A stretch of DNA of 64,000 nucleotides from a virus (Duplodnaviria > Caudoviricetes). Location: positions 1 through 64,000 of IMG/VR virus record IMGVR_UViG_3300025018_000137; one strand, given 5' to 3'. The notes beneath the pieces were generated by a model that saw only the letters and a program-made list of their open reading frames with translations, was not told the origin of the DNA and ran no database searches. The position numbers and the translations under genes were made by a program. Within the stretch, counting starts at the first letter, position 1, and each line of letters begins with the position of its first letter. Below are positions 1 through 6,711 of the stretch, one piece after another.

Positions 1-67
1 CAGCACGCGCAGGGTACAGCAGAGACAGAATGGCACCAGAGCAGGTCTCACCGCCAGACACTACAGT

Positions 68-146
68 AGTTATGCGGAAAATGTGCCGACAGAGGAGGGT
101 ATTGAAATCAGAGGCGGGGCAGTTATGCGGAAAATGTGCCGACAGA
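68..146. repeat. 26-bp perfect direct repeat, 2 copies (68-93 and 121-146)
   Basis: AGTTATGCGGAAAATGTGCCGACAGA occurs twice, 53 bp apart, just downstream of the terL stop codon. Confidence 0.9.
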
Positions 147-164
147 TAGGGGTATCCCTATCTG
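143..164. other. 9-bp stem hairpin overlapping the terL stop codon
   Basis: CAGATAGGG-GTAT-CCCTATCTG. The TAG stop (158-160) lies in the stem. No U-tract follows. Confidence 0.6.
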
Positions 165-3085
165 CGCGGTCCGAGGTGTGCACGGTCAGAGGAGAACCTG
201 TCGTCTTGCTTGAGAATTCGGCCCCCCTCATCTTCGGTGTTCCAAGTCGCAGATCGATTCATCATCACAAAGAACGCGCCGGCGCAGGCGTCAGCGATAT
301 CCTTGCTGCCGGTGGGTAGGTGATCGACCTTCTCTAGCTTGGCATCCCATTCCAGCTCTCGAAGCTCAGTCGAAAGCTCGGGGTTATTCGGGAGAGCAAG
401 GCGCTCATCGTATAGTGCTTCTCTGAATGCCTTGTAGGCAGCCGAAGGGGCCTTGTCCACCGTTTGCTGAGTGGTCGGCATCCCCTGCTTTCTCCACTCC
501 TGCCTGCTCTCAAGCGAGTGCCATCCGTCGTAGCTGACACAACGGATCGGGTACCCAAGAACCTCCTTGAGCTTGCTGACGAATGCACGGACTTCCGCTA
601 GGTCTACCTCGGCGATGGCGCTAGGGCTCAGCGATACAGCCAGCTCTACTGTACCGCAGGGAAGCATCTCTATTCTGCCCCCCTTCCGTACTCTCTCCAT
701 CAGTCCGTCGAACCTGACCATTGCTATGCCGCATCGGTCCCCTGTGTGAGAAAGGTCGATGTGCACATATCGAGGGCGGGATGGGTTTTTACAGAAGTGC
801 CCGGGGACAAAGGTGGGCATCCCGTGTACCGCCAGATCGACGTTCATCTCTTCGACAATGTCGGGCAGGTCTACGAGCTTGCCCAGCTCTACTGCGGACT
901 CAATGGCAGAACGTCGGCCGATGAACGGACTCTGCGAACGAAGGGACCGACCGATCACGTCGCGTACCGCGCCTTCCGGGTCAGTGCTGAAGTCATCCCG
1001 GTACCTGCCCGGCACGTCGTAGATTTCACACTCTTTGGGTAGGTCTTCGCCCCGCTCGCGCAGCTCTACCGACTTGGCTCCTTCCGAGTAGACGCACACA
1101 TGGAAGTAGTCTTCGGGGTCGGCGTCCTCGGCAGGCTTTACCTCGTACTGCGCTCGGGCGTAGACATACACGTCCTTGATGTTGTGGTCCTTGATGTGCT
1201 GCCGTCGCACATCCGTGAACTCGCCCGGGTAGTTCGTAGACGATAGAGTGCAGATGACGCCCACATTCGGCCCATTCCTCGCGAACCGACCACTCTTCCG
1301 GCGTGTCGTCTTCGTGAAGATTTCAGTCGCTTGGTCAAACTTGGCAGAACGACCTGTCTTGGCTTGCGACCTCCTCGAATTAGCAATGACCTGCATAAAA
1401 TTGATTTCATCAATGATCGCCCCGAAAATTGCTTCACCCAAGATCGAGTCAACATCCGCACCGACCGGAGCAACACGAATGTTCTGCTCGTCGAAGCGCA
1501 TCTCCGCCTCGATGTACTTGTTCAGGCGCATGTGCGCGCGGAACCAAGGCATCTGTTCGAGGTACGTGCGCAGGGGCATGTACAGAACGTTCTTGGTTAC
1601 CTTCGGCTTAGCCGCGAAGATCGGGATGACCAACTGCGCAGCGGTGGGCAAGCCCCAATACGTCTGTGGCTTCCGCAAGCAACCCATCAGATGCAGGTGG
1701 TAGGCCGTGATGACCTTGGCTATTTCGCTCTTGCCAGTGTTGCCAGTGACAACAACTTTCCCGTTTCTCCGAGATACCCACATTCCCGTAGGAACCTTAA
1801 AGCAGTAGCAGAAGCCATCCTGCGACGGGACAGTACCTATGTTCTCTTTCTTAGAGCTGGCGAGCCTCCAAGGCTCGGACTTGACGACGTGCACCACATA
1901 GTCGGTCTTACCGTCTACTCGGTCAGAGGGGTTGATGGTGGCTCGGCGGCCAGTGGCGCAGAAGCAGTGCTGGATGAAATCAGCGCTGCCCTTGTCTCGG
2001 GTATAGAACTCGCCCCGCTTCTCCGTTCCGTCCCATTTTAGGCATTCGCTGGTCACCACCTGAAGTTGGCGCTGACTGGCCGCCCACCAGCCTTCGTAGT
2101 TCTTGTTTCGCTGTGGGGCAAGAAAAGCGACGTCAGAGTATCCGTCAGCGCGTTCATACTCGTTGTAGGGTATACCGCACTTGCTCAGGAGCATCCGAAG
2201 TCGGGCTTTCTTTCGGGCTTTCTTGAGATGAAACACGCAGTATTGAGGACGATGCCCTGCCCTCTTGTAGAAATGTCCATCGGCCATTACTGCCACCATG
2301 AGACGGATTTCGTGATCCGTCAGTGGTAGTCCTGCTCCGCCGCCAACATAGCTCCCTACAAACTCCCCGGATTTCCACCCGTGCTTGCTGGCGTTGTGCA
2401 GGACAACAATATCCTCGGCCGGACGTTCCATTAGTTCGCCAGTCTTGGCGGACCTATAGATCACTCGGTGCCCTGCGCTCAGCAACTGGTCAAACGTTCT
2501 AGTTTTGAACGAGAAGAATCGTTTGTACGGCAGCTTGACGTACTCTTCCGGGTCAACGAATTCCAGCGCCCCGTCCGCAGTGTACTGCCCTACTTTTTGC
2601 CCTGCCCATTCGCCTATAGGTACCCAACCCTCCGGGGTCAGAAACTCGGTGTCCTTATCGACGCAGCCTGTCGCCCCCATCGCCAAGAACTGAGTGTAGG
2701 CCCCGCCCGTCTTGCCTCGGAACCATCCGCTGCAGCACTCTATGATCGTGTTGCGTACCTCGGGCCACACTTCCAGATCGGTTCCGCCCATGAACTCGTC
2801 GGAGTCTAGGAAGGTCTCAATATCGACAGGTAACTGTCGTAGCTGGCCGATGAACGCGAGGTAGGACTTGTTCCCGTGCAGGGTGGCTTGGCGGATTGCG
2901 TAGATGTAATCGTCTACAAACGACAGTCTGCCGTGCTGTTGGCAGAACACCTCCGCCTGACGCTGGAACTCGGCCAGCCGTTCCTCGATCAGATCGGCCC
3001 GTTCCTGCGGGATGCCAGAGAGGGCATGCCTCGCCGGCCTGCGTCGGCGACGGACTGTGTTCGCGTAGGAGAAGGCTTCGTTCAC
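158..3085 (-). CDS. terL: Terminase large subunit, intein-containing (975-aa precursor, about 666 aa after splicing)
   Basis: Walker A GATG/TGKS (interrupted), Walker B AIIDEINF, RNase H-like nuclease motifs YVHIDLS..DRCG and SKDIADA. Directly downstream of an HTH small-subunit candidate. Confidence 0.93.
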   Translation of the reverse strand: MNEAFSYANTVRRRRRPARHALSGIPQERADLIEERLAEFQRQAEVFCQQHGRLSFVDDYIYAIRQATLHGNKSYLAFIGQLRQLPVDIETFLDSDEFMGGTDLEVWPEVRNTIIECCSGWFRGKTGGAYTQFLAMGATGCVDKDTEFLTPEGWVPIGEWAGQKVGQYTADGALEFVDPEEYVKLPYKRFFSFKTRTFDQLLSAGHRVIYRSAKTGELMERPAEDIVVLHNASKHGWKSGEFVGSYVGGGAGLPLTDHEIRLMVAVMADGHFYKRAGHRPQYCVFHLKKARKKARLRMLLSKCGIPYNEYERADGYSDVAFLAPQRNKNYEGWWAASQRQLQVVTSECLKWDGTEKRGEFYTRDKGSADFIQHCFCATGRRATINPSDRVDGKTDYVVHVVKSEPWRLASSKKENIGTVPSQDGFCYCFKVPTGMWVSRRNGKVVVTGNTGKSEIAKVITAYHLHLMGCLRKPQTYWGLPTAAQLVIPIFAAKPKVTKNVLYMPLRTYLEQMPWFRAHMRLNKYIEAEMRFDEQNIRVAPVGADVDSILGEAIFGAIIDEINFMQVIANSRRSQAKTGRSAKFDQATEIFTKTTRRKSGRFARNGPNVGVICTLSSTNYPGEFTDVRRQHIKDHNIKDVYVYARAQYEVKPAEDADPEDYFHVCVYSEGAKSVELRERGEDLPKECEIYDVPGRYRDDFSTDPEGAVRDVIGRSLRSQSPFIGRRSAIESAVELGKLVDLPDIVEEMNVDLAVHGMPTFVPGHFCKNPSRPRYVHIDLSHTGDRCGIAMVRFDGLMERVRKGGRIEMLPCGTVELAVSLSPSAIAEVDLAEVRAFVSKLKEVLGYPIRCVSYDGWHSLESRQEWRKQGMPTTQQTVDKAPSAAYKAFREALYDERLALPNNPELSTELRELEWDAKLEKVDHLPTGSKDIADACAGAFFVMMNRSATWNTEDEGGRILKQDDRFSSDRAHLGPRR
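1739..2665 (-). mobile_element. Intein (309 aa) with LAGLIDADG-like homing endonuclease, inserted in the TerL Walker A motif
   Basis: Starts CVDKDTEFLTP (Cys1 = residue 141) and ends GKVVVTGN, followed by Thr+1. Internal motifs LMVAVMADGHF and CLKWDGT. Excision restores GATGTGKS. Confidence 0.92.
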
Positions 3086-3861
3086 CCGAGCAACCTCATG
3101 CTGATCTGGTCTTCCTCTTCCATTTGCTCCACCGGAAGATCGTCTTCGATACCAGCAATGACGTTTTCCGCCAGACGTACCAGAGTTTCCAGTTGCGAGT
3201 TGCCGCCCTCTTCGCCCGCGCGGTAACGAATGACATCGAACACTCCCGCCGCTTCGAGGAACGCGGTCTGCTCCTTCTTCGCGTGGACACTCGTACGGAT
3301 GGCAGCCAGCTTCGCCGGGATCGGGGTCTTGTTGTGCGTGGCAATACGCAATGCGACGCCTGACACCTCGTCGTAGTAGCTCATCGTGGTGCCGATCAGC
3401 TCGTTTATGTTCAGGTTCGCCGCTTCGCGCCGGAGCTTTTCGTGAAGCTCTTTCCGGTCCCGCTGTACCTGACGAACACTGACGCCGAACTGCTCGGCAA
3501 TCTGGTCGAGCGGAACGTTGCGCTGAAGCAGTCGCGCCAGCAGCTTGAGCCTATACTCGCGGTAGTATTCGGGCGAGGTTTGTCGTACGTGATCCATCCG
3601 AGACGCCGGAGTGAAGTCATCGTCAGCGACGGCGGCTTGGTCAGCGTTCGCGGTCTGGGCAGCAGTAGACAGGTTGGTCCGAGCTGCCACGCGGTTTCTC
3701 GCCGCGTTACGCAAGCCTTCCACCATAGCCCGCGCCTCCTCTTCCGGACTGCTAGCAGAGCTGGCTTCCTCGATCTCCGAGACTACATCATCGACCGGGC
3801 CTTCATTCTCCGGTAGACCAGAGGAGCGGCGTCGACGACGACGGACGGTAACTACGGTCAT
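3082..3861 (-). CDS. Probable terminase small subunit (HTH DNA-binding protein)
   Basis: HTH-like VPLDQIAEQFGVSVRQVQRDRKEL. 4-bp overlap with the terL start. Confidence 0.7.
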   Translation of the reverse strand: MTVVTVRRRRRRSSGLPENEGPVDDVVSEIEEASSASSPEEEARAMVEGLRNAARNRVAARTNLSTAAQTANADQAAVADDDFTPASRMDHVRQTSPEYYREYRLKLLARLLQRNVPLDQIAEQFGVSVRQVQRDRKELHEKLRREAANLNINELIGTTMSYYDEVSGVALRIATHNKTPIPAKLAAIRTSVHAKKEQTAFLEAAGVFDVIRYRAGEEGGNSQLETLVRLAENVIAGIEDDLPVEQMEEEDQISMRLLG

Positions 3862-3868
3862 GGCTGCT

Positions 3869-4666
3869 TCACCGATTCTTCATTGCGGCAAACCCACGGA
3901 ACGGGCCGAACCGGAAGGTGTCGAACTTCCGATCGAACCTTCCACGTAGGGCTCCTTCTATCGAAGCGGCGCTCCGCTCGAACATTGAATTCTGGAGGGC
4001 GGCACTCTTGGCATCGATCTCTTCCTGAGTGTACCCGTTGGACGCCCGCCACTTGTAGTAGTTGCGGGAGATGGCGTTGGCGATTGAGCCCGGCTCTCTC
4101 CCCCAGAAACCGTAGCCGTGCTTCTCCGCGAACAGCAGCAAACCCCCCGGACGGCACAGGCCGATCAAGTTGCGTATCGCCGAGTCCAAGTTGGCTTGGG
4201 GCACGAACTGCAGAACGTAGTGGCAAGCCACCACATCGAATTGCCCGAGCGGGCGACACTCTTCGTTGACAGAAAGGTCGGCATCCTCTACGCGCAAGCC
4301 CGGGAACTCCGAGCGCAGATGGGCTGCCATGTGCGGGGACGACTCGATTGCGGTGCAAGATACGGCACGGGATAGCAGCTCCATGTCGTTCTCGTAGACA
4401 GTGCCGGGCCATGCGGCTTCGTGCATGCTTCGCAGGAACTGGCCCCGCGAGGCTCCGATATCCAACAGGGTAGGCTGGCGGTGCTCCGGCAGTCTGGAGG
4501 ACAGGAACGATACAGCGATCTCGGAATGCAGGCGGTGCATCTCGTGGTACAGGGGTATGCTACGCGTCGCCATGTCCGGGAAAATGCTGGACACTTCGGC
4601 GTCGAAGCTGAACACCTCGCCTTCGGGATAGTGCCTTGGGATGCCGCCTTCTACTTTAATCACCAT
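3869..4666 (-). CDS. cmoA: CmoA-like (carboxy-SAM synthase family) class I methyltransferase-fold protein
   Basis: FSFDAEVSSIFPDMATRSIPLY, LDIGASRG, HYVLQF, PGGLLLFAEK and ASNGYTQEEIDAKSAALQNSM align with the CmoA signature segments ([66 protein letters not shown]; reference recalled from memory). Confidence 0.85.
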   Translation of the reverse strand: MVIKVEGGIPRHYPEGEVFSFDAEVSSIFPDMATRSIPLYHEMHRLHSEIAVSFLSSRLPEHRQPTLLDIGASRGQFLRSMHEAAWPGTVYENDMELLSRAVSCTAIESSPHMAAHLRSEFPGLRVEDADLSVNEECRPLGQFDVVACHYVLQFVPQANLDSAIRNLIGLCRPGGLLLFAEKHGYGFWGREPGSIANAISRNYYKWRASNGYTQEEIDAKSAALQNSMFERSAASIEGALRGRFDRKFDTFRFGPFRGFAAMKNR

Positions 4667-4681
4667 CTTGCACCATCCAGA

Positions 4682-4697
4682 GTGAAATCGTTTTCAA
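4682..4697. promoter_or_regulatory. Palindromic motif copy GTGAAATCGTTTTCAA
   Basis: Exact TGWAAWCGWTTWCA core, 16 bp upstream of the cmoA-like ATG. Confidence 0.75.
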
Positions 4698-4732
4698 ACT
4701 GGATGATGCCACATCGTGACCAAAAGTTCTAG

Positions 4733-5116
4733 CTAAGAGCCTCCCAGTCGATCTACCACAGCAATGGCAACCGCGCTGAGAGCAGTCACGATCGAGGTCC
4801 AGAGAGTCAGCCGACCCTTGGCACTCTGCGGTTCATGCTTCTCCACCCCCCTGAACCGGGCCTCGGTGTCGTCCATATGCTCTTTGTGTTTCTTCTTGAA
4901 CAGAGCGTAGTCTTCGATCATAGGGGTCCGTTCGGCGATCCGTTTTTCCATCTCTTCGACTCGGCGCTCTATCGATGACATACGCTCCGCTAAAATAGCC
5001 AGTTCTTTGGCGGTGGTGGTGGCAAGCTCGCGGAGGCTTTCCAGTACCTCTCGGGTCTTCTCTACGAACGGTAGTATCACGTTACGTATAGCAAAGCTGG
5101 CGGTTTCAGAGGACAT
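4733..5116 (-). CDS. Coiled-coil protein with a C-terminal transmembrane helix (holin-like architecture)
   Basis: Start revised to MSSETASF (5116). Heptad-rich middle and hydrophobic C-terminus LWTSIVTALSAVAIAVV. Confidence 0.6.
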   Translation of the reverse strand: MSSETASFAIRNVILPFVEKTREVLESLRELATTTAKELAILAERMSSIERRVEEMEKRIAERTPMIEDYALFKKKHKEHMDDTEARFRGVEKHEPQSAKGRLTLWTSIVTALSAVAIAVVDRLGGS

Positions 5117-5151
5117 CCCGCCCCCCTCTCTATTTCCGTCAGTCACTTCGA

Positions 5152-5667
5152 TTACTTCCCGGGTTGGCGGGGCAACACACCGTGAGTGACCATGACCATG
5201 CCCCATACTGCGATTTGTGGTTCACCGTGGGACATAAAGACTTGAGGCCACTTATGGACCCCCCAGATTTCGTACATCCCTGTAAGAGAATTCAACCCGC
5301 CTTCCGTGAAGAACTCCGCCTGACCAGTCTCCGCTACCTTCTTATCGTTGGCACGAAAACCATCAGCGGTAAGGCTCGGCCAGTGCTTGGCGTCGTTACA
5401 CCCTACGTAGCCCGCTCCGTACCTATCCCTGTAGCTTTTAGTGGAGAAGACCATCTTATACCCTAGTGATGGCACTTTGCACCATACTGGCAAAATGGAA
5501 TCAGCGAATAAAGAATCGGCGTGCCGAACAATCTCGATCAGCTCGCAAGGTATGTTCTCCACCCCATGACGTAGCAGGTCAAGCGTAGACTGTGAGGTAG
5601 TCTCCCAAGCAGCAAACTGCGCGTCCATTCTGGCAGTCTGCGTATGCGTGCGATGTAACATCGCCAA
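5152..5667 (-). CDS. Stand-alone PAS-fold protein
   Basis: LPVWCK..GYKMVFSTKSY..YVGCNDAKHWPSLTADGFRANDKKVAETGQAEFFTE..VHKWP..VWGMV follows the PAS_4 pattern (P.w.KD..G.y...N......G.td..lwp...a..f..nD..v...g.....eE....K.P....G). Confidence 0.65.
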   Translation of the reverse strand: MAMLHRTHTQTARMDAQFAAWETTSQSTLDLLRHGVENIPCELIEIVRHADSLFADSILPVWCKVPSLGYKMVFSTKSYRDRYGAGYVGCNDAKHWPSLTADGFRANDKKVAETGQAEFFTEGGLNSLTGMYEIWGVHKWPQVFMSHGEPQIAVWGMVMVTHGVLPRQPGK

Positions 5668-5672
5668 ATCCC

Positions 5673-6059
5673 CTATGCAGTTCTGGCTACTTCAAGTTCC
5701 AGCCGGGCCTCTGGCATAGTCTCGTGGGAAAGTATCTTCGGCGGATCGCCAGAGCTGTCGTAGTGCTGGACTCGGAAATCGTAGTACCCCGGCCCGGGTA
5801 GGGTACTCAGTCCGGCAAGATGGAGCACCAACTTCCCTTCGTTCAGCGAGTCGCTGTAGTCAAAGCAACCCGCCTCAGCCGGAACATCAGAGTCGATCGT
5901 AATCAGTCCCGTTGCCGTAACGATAGTGGCCACCACCCGCGCCGTAGCCGTGAAGTCTTCCGGCGTAAATTCCCCGGTCGTACGGCTCCTACCCCCGAAA
6001 TAGAGAGAGATCGGATTCGAGGCACCGGGGTATACCGTGACGCGGAGTTTTCTGGCCAT
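5673..6059 (-). CDS. Hypothetical protein, probably virion-associated (beta-rich)
   Basis: Clean 128-aa ORF, tightly packed in the 11.8-5.7 kb structural-like cluster. Confidence 0.6.
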   Translation of the reverse strand: MARKLRVTVYPGASNPISLYFGGRSRTTGEFTPEDFTATARVVATIVTATGLITIDSDVPAEAGCFDYSDSLNEGKLVLHLAGLSTLPGPGYYDFRVQHYDSSGDPPKILSHETMPEARLELEVARTA

Positions 6060-6062
6060 CTA

Positions 6063-6278
6063 TCAGACTCCCGTCTGCCCCATGATCTGGGCTACCTTCT
6101 CCGGGGACAGGACTACGGCACCGGGACTACGCTGCCCGGTCGGGTACACTCCGTCCGCATCCTGCGCCCACCCCCTGTCGCAGAAGTATTGCCCGATCTC
6201 GTCGGCCACCACTCGTTGCTCGGTGGCGACATAGCTGACGCCATTGTGCTTGGTATCGTCGATCATCAGAATCTTCAT
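6063..6278 (-). CDS. Small hypothetical virion-associated protein
   Basis: 71-aa ORF with good packing. GQYFCDRGWA resembles small phage structural proteins. Confidence 0.6.
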   Translation of the reverse strand: MKILMIDDTKHNGVSYVATEQRVVADEIGQYFCDRGWAQDADGVYPTGQRSPGAVVLSPEKVAQIMGQTGV

Positions 6279-6311
6279 TAGAGTCTCCGTGTTTCAGATG
6301 CGCACTGCTTA

Positions 6312-6671
6312 TTAGGCCGCGTCTAGGATTTCGTGGTCGAAAGCGTTGACGGTGACGGTGCCGCCTGACGTAAGGGCTTGCGAGGCCACCGTGGTTACCA
6401 CAAGAAGGTTCGTGCCGTCGATGATTGCCACATGATCTGCGATACCGGAAGAAGCGATCGCGATGTCGACTTGCTGGGCAATGGTATCCTTGCGCCCGGA
6501 CGTGTCACCGTTCGCCCGAGTGTAGTCGACGCCGGTGATCGCGACAGTAGCGAGGGCAGCGGCGAGAGCCCCTGCTCGGTCGGCCGGCTGTCCCGCGCAG
6601 ACAATTAGGCTGGTGCCATGGGCTGCGTCGAGCGCAGCGTTCATCACCAGATCGTTTACAAACTTGGCCAT
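6312..6671 (-). CDS. Virion structural protein (119 aa)
   Basis: MAKFVNDLVMNAALD..NGDTSGRK..ADHVAI..VTVNAFD resembles conserved small siphovirus structural proteins (recall, not searched). Confidence 0.65.
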   Translation of the reverse strand: MAKFVNDLVMNAALDAAHGTSLIVCAGQPADRAGALAAALATVAITGVDYTRANGDTSGRKDTIAQQVDIAIASSGIADHVAIIDGTNLLVVTTVASQALTSGGTVTVNAFDHEILDAA

Positions 6672-6711
6672 TTCATTCCCTCAGATTGTTCGTAGATGAA
6701 GCGGATACCGG

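Noticed and set aside
68-146. CRISPR mini-array
   Set aside because: Only two repeats and one 27-bp spacer, the repeat is not palindromic, and there are no cas genes apart from a replication-linked Cas4-like nuclease.
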